Counted from the first letter of the stretch, positions 1 through 10,296 are shown. The stretch is 64,000 nucleotides of DNA from Candidatus Humimicrobiia bacterium (GCA_049647085.1 JBARXA010000006.1:2670-66669), one strand, 5' to 3'. The notes: generated by a model from the letters alone, not told the origin. Translations and numbers: made by a program.

Positions 1-540
1 AATAACTGGGGAACATCAGATTATGATGATTTAATGAAATGGGTTGATTTTATTGAAAAGAAACCATACATAGATGCCAAAAGAATGGGTGTGACAGGTG
101 GAAGTTACGGTGGATACATGACTAACTGGATTATTGGACATACAGATCGCTTTAAAGCTGCTGTTACACAAAGAAGTGTAAGCAATCTTATAAGTATGTA
201 TGGTTCTAGTGACTATAATTGGGCATTTCAATATGAACTTGGTAATGAACCACCCTGGGAGAATATAGAAAATTATTGGCGTCAATCACCTATGAAATAC
301 ATAGGTAATGTTAAAACACCTACATTAATAATCCATAGTGAACAGGATCTTCGTTGTGTAATTGAGCAAGGTGAACAAATATTTGTTGCCTTAAAAAAAT
401 TAGGTGTAGATACCGAAATGGTAAGTTTTCCCGAAGAGCCTCATGGACTTTCACGTAGTGGTAGAACTGACAAGCGTATGGAAAGATTAAAACATATTGC
501 GGGTTGGTTTGATAGATATTTAAAAAAGAATAATAAATAA
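1..540 (+). CDS. S9-family serine peptidase (prolyl oligopeptidase / acylaminoacyl-peptidase-like), C-terminal part; 5' end lies outside the window
   Basis: GGSYGG nucleophile-elbow motif, downstream Asp and His (EEPHGL) of the catalytic triad. The frame is open from base 1. Confidence 0.75.
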   Translation, partial: NNWGTSDYDDLMKWVDFIEKKPYIDAKRMGVTGGSYGGYMTNWIIGHTDRFKAAVTQRSVSNLISMYGSSDYNWAFQYELGNEPPWENIENYWRQSPMKYIGNVKTPTLIIHSEQDLRCVIEQGEQIFVALKKLGVDTEMVSFPEEPHGLSRSGRTDKRMERLKHIAGWFDRYLKKNNK

Positions 541-561
541 AGACTAAAAAAGAAATTATAG

Positions 562-720
562 ATAAATCTCAATAAATTTCATCCCTCCGAAAGGAATAAA
601 GTAAAGGAACTATATCCTAAAACGCGTGTGCATACATTCAAAAGCAGTGGTCATCTAACCATGATTGTCAAAAGAGAAGAATACATTTCTGTTGTTAGAA
701 AATTTCTAAAAGGAAAATGA
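562..720 (+). pseudogene. alpha/beta-hydrolase C-terminal remnant (52 codons, no start codon)
   Basis: Open frame between TAG (559-561) and TGA (718-720) encodes ...TRVHTFKSSGHLTMIVKREEYISVVRKFL, typical of an alpha/beta-hydrolase C-terminus with the catalytic His. There is no ATG/GTG/TTG at its 5' end. Confidence 0.4.
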
Positions 721-891
721 GTTTTACTGTTATTATATATCTATTATCCCTACACATGAGAAATTTGAGGTTAATTTGATGATTCCAATAATGAGTATAT
801 CACTCAGATACATGGCTGATAAGATTCAAAAAAAATAGAGATTTACATAAAAGATTTTGATAAGTTTAAAGTCAATAAAGGAAGAGAAAAA

Positions 892-1062
892 ATGAGTAAA
901 TGGCTGAATAATCTAAAATGTAATCCTATCCCCACTCTGATTTCATCAGACAATGAAGCAATAATATTTTTTACAAAACACGATTTGTTAGGGGGAGAAG
1001 AAAAAAATATAGAAAATCTTTGGGAGTTACCTGAACCTTTAAAGTTAATAAAATTTATATAA
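892..1062 (+). CDS. small hypothetical protein (56 aa)
   Basis: ATG preceded by AAAGGAAGAG. Below the ORF-track length cutoff. Confidence 0.25.
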   Translation: MSKWLNNLKCNPIPTLISSDNEAIIFFTKHDLLGGEEKNIENLWELPEPLKLIKFI

Positions 1063-1082
1063 AATGATGAGAGGGATAAAAT

Positions 1083-1703
1083 ATGCTTCTTTTGACATTT
1101 CTTTTTGAAGCAGTGCTTATTTCCTTGTCTGGTGTTTTGGCACCTGGACCCATTACAGCTGTAACAGTAGAAAAAGGGAACAAGTCTCCCCATGCTGGAG
1201 CATTGGTTGCAATAGGTCATGGAATAGTTGAGCTTCCTCTTATTATATCTATATTTTATGGCTTTGGATATTTATTGAAGCTGAACTATGTGAAAGAAGT
1301 AATTGCTTTTGTGGGAGGATTATTTCTCTTATTTATGGGGATCAGCATGTTTCGTAGCATTAAACAAATTGATGTTAATTCTAAAAAATCCACTCACCTT
1401 CCTATAATAGATGGAATACTTCTAAGTTTGTGGAATCCTTATTTTCTTATTTGGTGGGCTACTGTGGGAGCTACACTAATTTTTCGATCTATTAGTTTTG
1501 GTATGTTAGGCTTTTTGTTTTTTATGTTATTTCATTGGTTGTGTGATTTTTTCTGGTGCTATTTTCTCTCAATCTTATCATTCAGGGGTGGACAGTACTT
1601 TGGAAAAAAATTCCAGAAGATTGTTTCTACCATATGTGGTACGTTTCTTTTATTTTTTGGTGGAAAATTTATTTATGATACTATAAAAGTGTTTTTTATA
1701 TAG
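1083..1703 (+). CDS. LysE/RhtB-family amino-acid exporter
   Basis: 206 aa, 6 TM segments, N-terminal APGPIT...KSPHAGAL motif shared with the degraded paralog at 61040-61412. Confidence 0.65.
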   Translation: MLLLTFLFEAVLISLSGVLAPGPITAVTVEKGNKSPHAGALVAIGHGIVELPLIISIFYGFGYLLKLNYVKEVIAFVGGLFLLFMGISMFRSIKQIDVNSKKSTHLPIIDGILLSLWNPYFLIWWATVGATLIFRSISFGMLGFLFFMLFHWLCDFFWCYFLSILSFRGGQYFGKKFQKIVSTICGTFLLFFGGKFIYDTIKVFFI

Positions 1704-1919
1704 TGAAAAGTTATTAAAAATTCCCCAGTTAATGGTAAGAAAAAACAATAAACACAAAAATACTTTTAATATAGATATTTAATAGAATATCACCACAAAC
1801 AAAAGACATTATACATTACTATATTTTTTAATTTCCTCAATTTTTAACTATTCTAAGACTTGACATATGCTGAGAAAATTAAATGAAATTAAAGTATCAA
1901 GAAGTAGGAGGAGGTAGAT

Positions 1920-2279
1920 ATGAAGTAAGACAAAAAGATAATTGCAGTTTGTGGACTTAAGTGCAGTGAATGTGAAATTTTTAAAGCAACAGACAATCCT
2001 GAGATAGCACAAAAAATTGCAGATTGGTTTAAAAAAGAAAGAAATAAAGAAGTAAGGATTGAGGACATCCGTTGCTTAGAATGTAAGGGTGATAGGAAGA
2101 AGCACTGGTCTGCGGACTGCTGGATACTTGAATGTTGTGTTGATAAAAAGAGATTGGATTTTTGTAATGAATGTAATGATTTTCCCTGCGATAGGTTAAG
2201 TAAATGGGCTAAAGGAAATAAAAGATACGGCGAAGCTTTAAACAGGCTCATAAAGATTAAGAAAGATGAAAAACAGTAA
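1920..2279 (+). pseudogene. DUF3795-family Cys-rich zinc-binding protein with an in-frame TAA at codon 3 (apparent pseudogene or recoding)
   Basis: Strong RBS AGGAGGAGG 5 nt upstream. Reads ATG AAG TAA GAC AAA AAG ATA ATT GCA GTT TGT GGA... = MK*DKKIIAVCGLKCSECEIF...CLECKG...CNECNDFPCD. The paralog at 17612 reads MKKENKIIAVCGLNCSKCDIF. Confidence 0.6.
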
Positions 2280-2549
2280 AAAACAGAATGTATCCTTTGC
2301 CAAACATGCGTTAGTATATGTGCCAAGGATGCACTGAAATTATCATTTGGATTTGATCTAGGAGATAATGAGTTATTAAGAGAAAGAAGTGATTTAACAT
2401 TTTGGAGGAGAATATAGAAACAACATTGAAAAAACTCCAATAATATTTCTGCATTTAGAAGAAATTGAAAACTTTAAAAAGCTAATTCTTCTAAAATAAG
2501 AATAGTAAAAAGAAAAAATATCATTAAAATTAAGAAAGCGAGGTCCAAA

Positions 2550-2963
2550 ATGAAAACAGCAGTTATTTACAAAAGTTTTTTAGGTACGACAGAAAAATAT
2601 GCCAAATGGTTAAGTGAAGAAATTGATGCAGCTTTATTTAGATTTGGTCAAATAAAAAGAGATCAATTTGATAATTATGATATCTTAATTATCTCTTCAG
2701 GAACTTATGCTAGTTGGATGCCTCTAACAGGATATTTAAAAAGGATTTGGCAATATATAAAAAACAAGAAGGTAGTTGTTGTAGCTATTGGAGCAGCACC
2801 AGAGGATGATGAATGGAGTAAAAAATCATATAAAAGAATATCAATTGACATTAGGTCTAAAATCAAATATTTTAAAATTCCAGGAAAACTTGGTAAACAA
2901 ACCGGTAAAGATATTAAAAAAGAAAATTTAGAGCCAATTATCAAATATATTAGAAGTTTATAA
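2550..2963 (+). CDS. flavodoxin-like protein
   Basis: 137 aa, MKTAVIYKSFLGTTEKYAKWL N-terminus and a Gly-rich FMN loop-like pattern. Confidence 0.4.
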   Translation: MKTAVIYKSFLGTTEKYAKWLSEEIDAALFRFGQIKRDQFDNYDILIISSGTYASWMPLTGYLKRIWQYIKNKKVVVVAIGAAPEDDEWSKKSYKRISIDIRSKIKYFKIPGKLGKQTGKDIKKENLEPIIKYIRSL

Positions 2964-3332
2964 AATGATTAATTCGTCAATCATTGAGTTTCAAATGTGA
3001 AGTTCTGGTTAACCATTCTAAAGATTCAATTAATATTAAGACGATTAGTAAAGCCAATGTTGACAAAAAAAGGTAATGAAATTGCAATATCTCATCAAAA
3101 GCGAAAGATGGAGATAGTTAAACAAACATTAAAACCACTATCACCAAAAGACCAGTAAAGTCTTATTCTAATCTTAGAAAAACTCTCAAATAAAATAAGA
3201 TAAAAGTATGAGTAATAAATACCAAAAAATTAAAAATATAAATAATGTTTCTTATTAATATTATTTTTAAAAGAGTAAAAATAAAAAGATGGGGGAAATT
3301 TACAATATTCTAAGAAGAGACAAAGACTTTAA

Positions 3333-4283
3333 ATGAAACAAAATAATAAAGAGAGATTCAATATTTTAAGGAAAGAAATGGATACACTAACTGCAATTAA
3401 AAAGCGTATAAGTGTACGTAGTTATAGTGGGAATATTGTAGATTCAGCCAAAATTGAGCAACTGATTAATTTTGCAAAAAGTACCAAACATTTAACAATA
3501 GTGCCACCGCGAATAGAACTGGTAAACGGTGTTGATAAGACAAATCACATTTTAACTTCAATAATTGGCTCATATGGTCTGGTGAGAAATCCACCCTACT
3601 TACTAATTGGAATAATGCCTGAAGAAAGTGACATTGCCAGAATTGATCTTGGATATGTGTTAGAACATGTGGTGATAGAAGCCACAAAGTTAGGGTTAAG
3701 CACTTGTTGGATAAGTGGTTCTTATGACCCTAAAATTGCTAGTGATGAAGTGAATTTAAAATCTGGGGAGATAGTAGAAGTAGTATGTGCTCTTGGTTAT
3801 CCAGCTGAGGAAATGTTAGAAAGTGTTCACAGCAAAATTGTGCGCAGGATGGCAGGTGGACATAGGCGAAAACAACTAAATGAAATAGTGTTTTCTAAGC
3901 GATGGGGGAAGGTCTGGAAGCCAGAGGAGGTAGATCAAACACTGATTACCATACTCGAACACGCTCGTTTGGCTCCATCAGGTTATAATCGACAGCCATG
4001 GCGTTTCATTATTAGACCGGGGAATATTGTTCTTACTCTAGTATTAACAAAGCCCTTAGGGACTGGTATTGCAAATAGACTATCTTCAATTGTTGGTGTT
4101 GTGAAAAGAAATGTACTTGCAAAAGCGCAATACATTGATGCTGGAATTGTGATGTCACACTTCACATTAGTATCTGAAGCAATTGGACAAAAAGGTCAGT
4201 GGGAATTGCGGTTGGGAGATAAAATCTTAGCTCGAGAATGTCAATTACTCAAAGGAGTCATCCCTGTAGCCATTTTTAAGTAA
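3333..4283 (+). CDS. nitroreductase-family protein (two nitroreductase-like halves)
   Basis: RISVRSY and APSGYNRQPWRFII motifs. Moderately GC-enriched relative to neighbours. Confidence 0.5.
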   Translation: MKQNNKERFNILRKEMDTLTAIKKRISVRSYSGNIVDSAKIEQLINFAKSTKHLTIVPPRIELVNGVDKTNHILTSIIGSYGLVRNPPYLLIGIMPEESDIARIDLGYVLEHVVIEATKLGLSTCWISGSYDPKIASDEVNLKSGEIVEVVCALGYPAEEMLESVHSKIVRRMAGGHRRKQLNEIVFSKRWGKVWKPEEVDQTLITILEHARLAPSGYNRQPWRFIIRPGNIVLTLVLTKPLGTGIANRLSSIVGVVKRNVLAKAQYIDAGIVMSHFTLVSEAIGQKGQWELRLGDKILARECQLLKGVIPVAIFK

Positions 4284-4380
4284 AAATCTTAATAACTTTG
4301 TGGGGATTTTTGTTAGCAATCCCTTCAGTATTTGCTTATTGGTATTTCGGATTTAAAAAGAGAGAAAGGCAAAGCTAATT

Positions 4381-4578
4381 ATGGCAAAGCAAGGATTTCA
4401 TAAATGGGCTTGGCTAATCATATTACTATTAGGTGGGTTGTTAATGCTCTATGGTGGAGCACAGGATGTTCTACTTTTCTTTGCACCTGATATGGTACCA
4501 GTACCATCTTGGTACTCAGTAACACCTGTTGTAGGACTGGTATATGGACTGATAGTGTTTTTTTCAGCGCAGGCTTGA
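4381..4578 (+). CDS. small membrane protein
   Basis: 65 aa with two hydrophobic segments. Confidence 0.3.
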   Translation: MAKQGFHKWAWLIILLLGGLLMLYGGAQDVLLFFAPDMVPVPSWYSVTPVVGLVYGLIVFFSAQA

Positions 4579-4667
4579 ATTTATTTTTGGGATTGCAACT
4601 ACACCATGCTATAGGTATCCAGGAGAAAAGGTTAGCGTCTTTAGTAGCTCAATAGATCTTCAATTAT

Positions 4668-5912
4668 TTATTGAGTAGGATCAAAAACTCTTCCCATAAA
4701 TAGAACATTACCAGTTTCTCTTTCTTGTATCATAAATATAAATGGGTGATCTGCATTAAAAACAGTTTTTTCAGAAATAGCTTCTTTCATAACTACAGCA
4801 GTTGCAGCTGCAGCTTCAGTTCCTTCTTCATTAACCTCAACAAAAGCTTGGTGAATTACATTACTAATGAAAAGAGTTTTTGTACCATTCATTCCTGAGA
4901 AATCTGCACCACCAAAAGCAGATGGCATTCCCATTTCAATTAATGTCTCTTTCATAAAATATTTAGTTTCAAATTTAAATTTAGGTATATAAACATCAAC
5001 TTCTTGTTTTGTTAGAGCATTTCTTAATTCATTAAGTTTTTCCAAACTGAGTAAATCTTCTACTGATTTTAAATTATCTTCTTTTGGAAGAATAATTAAC
5101 ATTGACAATTCTTCTCCATCATATGGCATCTCAAGAACCCGAAGCTCTTCGGTTTCAGCATAGTTAAATTCTTCATCAGTTAAACTCATCATATCAACTT
5201 TAACTGTTTTTTCGGAACTTACTTTAAAATCTTCTTCTCTAGTATCTTCTTTATTAAATTGAAGCAACCATGTTCCTTTAAAATATATTGCATTGGTGAG
5301 AACTAAGCGTGTATCTGGGTCAAGAACACCTTGTGGTATTAAGTCTTTTATTTTATTGTTTGTCCTTTCTTCTACCCAGCTGTTAATTGTTTTTCTTGAC
5401 TTTTCAGTTTCATTTACAAAATCTAAATTTGTAGCTTTTCCAGCATAATATTTTTCTACTACATCTAAATATTCATCTAAAAAAAGATAATCTATTTGTG
5501 TCCACAGTGCATTTGCTGTATGTAGTTTATATTTCTTATCTTTTTTATTTATCTGATTGTAAATTCTTGCAAAAGAGTATCTGCGAATATCATCATCTTG
5601 GGGTAAATAAAAAACAGACCTCATCTCTTCCGCTGTTTTTCCTCTTGCTCCTTCATAAGTCATTGCCAGTGCTGTAGAGATACTGTATGGAGAGAAAAAG
5701 ATATTGTCCTCACTATATTCCGGGGTATCTTTAAATTTTAAATACAAATCTAATGCAAATTGATTATTAGCATCTACAACAATACCAACCCCTTCATTGG
5801 TTGCTTTGCTATCAGCTGCTGTTGGTATTATTTCTTCTGGATTCTCCGGTGCTTTAACACAACCATTAATTAGAATAATTACTAAAAATAATAATAATAA
5901 AATGTGTTTCAT
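4668..5912 (-). CDS. serpin (serine protease inhibitor), lipoprotein
   Basis: 414 aa. Signal peptide with an LINGC lipobox. C-terminal serpin signature ...FNADHPFIFMIQERETGNVLFMGRV. Confidence 0.85.
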   Translation of the reverse strand: MKHILLLLFLVIILINGCVKAPENPEEIIPTAADSKATNEGVGIVVDANNQFALDLYLKFKDTPEYSEDNIFFSPYSISTALAMTYEGARGKTAEEMRSVFYLPQDDDIRRYSFARIYNQINKKDKKYKLHTANALWTQIDYLFLDEYLDVVEKYYAGKATNLDFVNETEKSRKTINSWVEERTNNKIKDLIPQGVLDPDTRLVLTNAIYFKGTWLLQFNKEDTREEDFKVSSEKTVKVDMMSLTDEEFNYAETEELRVLEMPYDGEELSMLIILPKEDNLKSVEDLLSLEKLNELRNALTKQEVDVYIPKFKFETKYFMKETLIEMGMPSAFGGADFSGMNGTKTLFISNVIHQAFVEVNEEGTEAAAATAVVMKEAISEKTVFNADHPFIFMIQERETGNVLFMGRVFDPTQ

Positions 5913-6109
5913 TTCCCCCTCACTTTAAAATAAAATATTTCATTGCAATTAGACATAGAAATTGTTAAAAATGTTCCGTATTCATTTCTATTAAAAAAGA
6001 TGATGACTAATATGATAACGAATATTTAATAAAGTAATAAAAAATCCTCAGTATAAAATTTGACATAAGCCACTCTTTTTATTACAATGTAATACAGGAG
6101 GTGTTGTAG

Positions 6110-6349
6110 ATGGTAAGAAAAGTTCTTAGTCTTTCATTACCCCCAAGTTTATATAAAGAATATGAGAAATTGGCAAAAAAAAGTGGCAAGAATAAGAGCC
6201 AGCTTTTCAGAGAAATGATATTTCTTTACGAACAAGAAAAGATGAAAGACGATTTTTATAAAATCCAAAGGAAAATTTCTAAAGTTGTGCGAAAAAAGGG
6301 TATTTATACTGAAGAAGATGTAAAAAAGATTGTCTTTGAGGAGCGCTAA
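6110..6349 (+). CDS. ribbon-helix-helix (CopG/Arc-like) antitoxin
   Basis: 79 aa with an N-terminal beta-strand and helix pattern (VLSLSLPPSLYKEYEKLAKKSGKNKSQLFREMI). Directly upstream of a PIN gene. Confidence 0.5.
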   Translation: MVRKVLSLSLPPSLYKEYEKLAKKSGKNKSQLFREMIFLYEQEKMKDDFYKIQRKISKVVRKKGIYTEEDVKKIVFEER

Positions 6350-6350
6350 A

Positions 6351-6764
6351 GTGCGCGTTGTTTTTGATACAAATGTCTATATTTCAACTTTTGGTATACC
6401 TGGAAGTAAGTCAGAAGATGCTTTCCTTCTCACATTAAAAGAAGAAACGAATCTCTTCATCTCAGTATCAATTCTTACTGAGATAGCTAATGTTCTTAAA
6501 AACAAGTTCAAGTTTTCTAATGAGATTATTCAAACTACACTCAAGTATATTAGCCAAATAGCCAGGTTTATCAAACCCCAGAGGTCAATTAAAGTTTTAA
6601 AAGATGAACCTGATAATCGTATTTTAGAATGTGCTATTGAAGCAAAAGCTGACTTTATTGTAACTGGTGATAAACATATCAAGCAACTTAACGAATATAA
6701 TGGTATAAAAATTGTCTCAGTTTCAGAATTCTTAGAACTTGCCAGCCAATATAAGATTAAATGA
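6351..6764 (+). CDS. PIN-domain toxin (VapC-like)
   Basis: VVFDTNVYIS ... IVTGDKH acidic PIN residues. GTG start with a GAGGAG RBS 7 nt upstream (TTG at 6330 is an alternative). Confidence 0.7.
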   Translation: MRVVFDTNVYISTFGIPGSKSEDAFLLTLKEETNLFISVSILTEIANVLKNKFKFSNEIIQTTLKYISQIARFIKPQRSIKVLKDEPDNRILECAIEAKADFIVTGDKHIKQLNEYNGIKIVSVSEFLELASQYKIK

Positions 6765-6794
6765 GATTGGAATTTATATTTATCTATTTCTGAT

Positions 6795-7043
6795 TTAAAA
6801 GCAGGTGTAAAATTCATGAGGATCATTTTCTAAATCTTTGTGAATTTGCTTAATTTTCTGCTCTATGCTCCTGTCCCATTTCCTCCTCTTACCCTTGGGC
6901 CAACCCCTGTCATCTTTACTGAAATTAAGATCTTTAGATTTACTCCATTTTATGACGAAATTTCTAGAGACACTTTTCTTTTTGGCAATTATTGTCTTTG
7001 TTAAATGGTTATTAAAAAATAGATCGTTCACCTGTTTCCTCAA
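6795..7043 (-). pseudogene. IS630/Tc1-family transposase N-terminal fragment
   Basis: 82-aa ORF with an HTH-like segment followed by DDRGWPKGKRRKW...ENDP. This resembles the GRPRK...EDP region of IS630 transposases. No catalytic DDE domain follows. Confidence 0.35.
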
Positions 7044-7245
7044 TTTGAATAGTTTTTTTTCACATTTACCTTACTTATTTTTATAATTATTGTTAATATT
7101 ATCATTAATAAATCTTAAAGTTCTGTCAAGATATTTCATTGAATTTAAGTAGTTTTTGACTACTCAAATTCATTTGGCATTCAACCTCTATTAAATAGTA
7201 GGTAAAATTAAAAGATTTATAATTCTTAAATATAATAGATTTATT

Positions 7246-7923
7246 ATGGAAGAGAAATACAGGAAAATAAAAGGAATTGTTAAAAAAGAATTATCATGCT
7301 CTGCTCATAACGTGGAGCATATAATGAGAGTTTATAATCTATGTTTACATTTAGCAGAAAATGAACCAGATATAGATATAGATATTCTAAAAACAGCTGC
7401 CTTACTTCATGATATTGGAAGGGTTAAAGAAGATGAAGATGATTCTGGAAGAATTGACCATGCAATTCTTGGTACCAAAATGGCTGAAAAAATCTTAAGA
7501 AATTTAGGTTATGAAGAAAGTAAAATAGAAAAAATTAAACATTGCATAATGACTCATAGATTCAGAAGTGAAAATGTTCCCAAAACAAAGGAAGCAAAGA
7601 TTCTCTTTGATGCTGATAAATTGGATGTTCTTGGTTCAATAGGAATTGCAAGAGCTTTTATTATAGCGGGACAATATGGAGAGAAAATTTATTCTGATAT
7701 TCCTATTGATAAATATACTAAAGATAATATTGTTGGTGAGAAGCAAAATGGTAGAATCAAAGATTTATCCAAACATGCTGTAAATCTTGAGTTTGAAATG
7801 AAATTCAAACATATTCCAGAAAAGCTCTACACTAAAAAAGCGAAAGAAATTGCAAAACAAAGATTTAAATTTATGAAACAGTTCTTTAAGAGATTAAAGA
7901 GGGAAATTAACGGAGAAATATAA
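7246..7923 (+). CDS. HD-domain phosphohydrolase
   Basis: H...HD motif (HNVEH ... LHDIGR) and downstream D. Confidence 0.7.
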   Translation: MEEKYRKIKGIVKKELSCSAHNVEHIMRVYNLCLHLAENEPDIDIDILKTAALLHDIGRVKEDEDDSGRIDHAILGTKMAEKILRNLGYEESKIEKIKHCIMTHRFRSENVPKTKEAKILFDADKLDVLGSIGIARAFIIAGQYGEKIYSDIPIDKYTKDNIVGEKQNGRIKDLSKHAVNLEFEMKFKHIPEKLYTKKAKEIAKQRFKFMKQFFKRLKREINGEI

Positions 7924-8016
7924 TCTTATGCTGTTATAATAATTTTTATAAGTTCGGAAGATTAAAAATTATATATACTAATAAATCTAAGTTTTCATAA
8001 TTATAAGGAGTCAAAA

Positions 8017-9279
8017 ATGGATTTTAAAAAAATTAAAAAATTTTGTAAGTCACTCTTAATTATATTATTTACAATTTTACTAATTTTTATAAGTTCTGGA
8101 TGTAAAGCTAAAGTTGAGGAGGAAGAGATTTATACTGTCAAAAAAGGTGATATGGAAGTGAAAATATCCACAGATGGAAAAGTAGTGCCAAGAGATTATT
8201 TAAGAATTTCTTTTAAAAGTATAGGTGAAATTTCATCTATAGCCGAGGAAGGTGAATTATTTAAAAAGGGTGAGGTAGTAGCAAAACTTGATGAGAAAGA
8301 CTTTAAAAATCAATTAGAACTTGCAAAAACAACTTTAGATTTAGCGGAGAAAGAGCTTGAAATGGCAGAACTGACTTTAAAATCAGCAAAAGATGCGCAT
8401 AAAAATACTGTTGAAATTGCAAATGCAAACTACTTACAAGCTCAAAAAGCAGTTGAACAAGCAGAAGTTGCATTAAGGGATGCTCATGTTTACTATGATA
8501 AGCTCAAAAATGAACCGATGGTAACAGAATCCATGAAAAAACAAGCAAACATGGCAATTCATCAAACAGAAGCAGGACTTGAGCAAGCAAAGGTAGCTTT
8601 ATCCCAGACATATTGGAATGGCGAAAGTATGAAACAAGGAGCTAAGTCTCAGATTGATTCAGCAGAAAAGGCAATAGAACTATCAGAAAAGAAGATAGCT
8701 TCTACTAATGCATCTCTTAATATGGCGCAAGAGGCTTATGAAAACGCAACACTAAAAGCTCCATTTGATGGAGAAGTTATAGGAGTTTATCAAAAAGTAG
8801 GTGAAATGATTTCACCAGGAATGCCAGTTATCTATTTTGGAACATCAGATGATTTAAAGATAGTTGCAGATGTAGACGAGGAAGACATTTCAATGATAAA
8901 TGAGGGTCAAGGAGTAGAAATAAGTTTTGATTCATACCCAGGTGTAACTGTAAAAGGAAAAGTAACAAAGATATCTTTGGGAGGAACTGAATTTCAAGGA
9001 GTGGTTACTTATGATGTTGATATAGATTTTGAAGCTTCTAAAGACATGAACATTTTACCAGCAATGACTTGTGATATAGAAATTGTTGCGGAAGAAATTA
9101 AAAATACTATATTTGTTCCATCTGATTATATATTTGAAGAAGAAGATAAATATTATATAAATCTATTATCAGAGAAGAACAAGAAGGTAAAAACTGAAAT
9201 AAGTATTGGTTATGAGAGTGAGAATTATACTCAAATACTATCAGGACTTGAAGAAGGTGACAAAATATCCAAAGAATAA
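8017..9279 (+). CDS. HlyD-family periplasmic adaptor / membrane-fusion lipoprotein
   Basis: Signal peptide ending SSGC, long coiled-coil region, C-terminal beta-barrel region. First gene of the ABC exporter set. Confidence 0.6.
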   Translation: MDFKKIKKFCKSLLIILFTILLIFISSGCKAKVEEEEIYTVKKGDMEVKISTDGKVVPRDYLRISFKSIGEISSIAEEGELFKKGEVVAKLDEKDFKNQLELAKTTLDLAEKELEMAELTLKSAKDAHKNTVEIANANYLQAQKAVEQAEVALRDAHVYYDKLKNEPMVTESMKKQANMAIHQTEAGLEQAKVALSQTYWNGESMKQGAKSQIDSAEKAIELSEKKIASTNASLNMAQEAYENATLKAPFDGEVIGVYQKVGEMISPGMPVIYFGTSDDLKIVADVDEEDISMINEGQGVEISFDSYPGVTVKGKVTKISLGGTEFQGVVTYDVDIDFEASKDMNILPAMTCDIEIVAEEIKNTIFVPSDYIFEEEDKYYINLLSEKNKKVKTEISIGYESENYTQILSGLEEGDKISKE

Positions 9280-9316
9280 CAAAATTGAAATATCCAATAA
9301 ATTTTAATTAAAGACT

Positions 9317-10252
9317 ATGAATTTAATAGAAGTTAAAAATTTAAGTAAAAAATATAATGAGCATCTGGCTGTTGATAACATAAGTTTTGATGTTAAAGAG
9401 GGAGAAATATTCGGACTTTTAGGACCTAATGGTGCAGGTAAATCAACAACAATATCAATGCCTTCCTGTCTTTTGGAACCAACATCAGGAGACGCTTTTA
9501 TTGATGAAAAGAGCATAAAAAAGGAGCCAATGGGTGTTAAAAAAGTTATAGGTCTTATACCACAAGAAATAGCACTATACCCAACTCTATCTGCAAAAGA
9601 GAATCTTTATTTCTGGGGAAAAATGTATGGACTTTCAGGAAGTTTAATAAAAAAGAGAGTAAAGGAAATTCTTGAAATTGTAGGTTTAACTGATAGAGCA
9701 AAAGAAAGAGTAGACACTTATTCGGGTGGAATGAAAAGGAGAATAAATATTGCAGCCGGTCTTATTCACAGACCAAAGGTAATAATGTTGGATGAGCCAA
9801 CCGTGGGAATTGATCCTCAAACAAGAATTAATATATTGGAAATGGTAACGAATCTAAATAAATTAGGGATGACCATAATATATACAAGTCACTATATGGA
9901 AGAGGTTGAGATGCTATGTAACCGGATAGCTATTATGGATGAGGGAAAAATTATTGCCAAGGGAACTCTAAATGAATTAAGACTGCTAGTGGGTGGAAAA
10001 GATACAATTAGAATGGATGTCAAAAACATCCATCCAAAAATTGCAGAATCGTTAAAAATGATAGATGATGTGGATAAAATTAAAATAAAAGAAAATCAGA
10101 TTGAAATATTAAGTTATTATGGTAGAAGGGTGCTCTCTTCAGTAATTTCTAAATTAAATGAATTAGATGTCAAAATAAATTCAGTAAAGGTTCAGGAGCC
10201 TGACTTAGAATCTGTATTTATTCACCTAACAGGCAAAAGTCTAAGAGAATAA
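9317..10252 (+). CDS. ABC transporter ATP-binding protein
   Basis: Walker A GPNGAGKST, signature YSGGMKRR, Walker B IMLDEP. Confidence 0.85.
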   Translation: MNLIEVKNLSKKYNEHLAVDNISFDVKEGEIFGLLGPNGAGKSTTISMPSCLLEPTSGDAFIDEKSIKKEPMGVKKVIGLIPQEIALYPTLSAKENLYFWGKMYGLSGSLIKKRVKEILEIVGLTDRAKERVDTYSGGMKRRINIAAGLIHRPKVIMLDEPTVGIDPQTRINILEMVTNLNKLGMTIIYTSHYMEEVEMLCNRIAIMDEGKIIAKGTLNELRLLVGGKDTIRMDVKNIHPKIAESLKMIDDVDKIKIKENQIEILSYYGRRVLSSVISKLNELDVKINSVKVQEPDLESVFIHLTGKSLRE

Positions 10253-10261
10253 TTATAACTT

Positions 10262-10296
10262 GTCATCCTGAGTCACCAAGGGTGGCGAAGGATCTC
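10262..10296 (+). repeat. REP-like palindromic repeat, family 1 (GTCATCCTGAGTCACCAAGGGTGGCGAAGGATCTC)
   Basis: Related copies at 11595-11616, 14831-14865 (reverse complement), 19442-19476 (reverse complement), 48656-48690 and 52854-52962. Confidence 0.7.

Noticed and set aside
1889-2440. 183-aa minus-strand ORF
   Set aside because: Low-complexity reverse-strand shadow of the DUF3795 gene. No RBS.
6530-6826. 98-aa minus-strand ORF
   Set aside because: Antisense to the PIN gene. No RBS.
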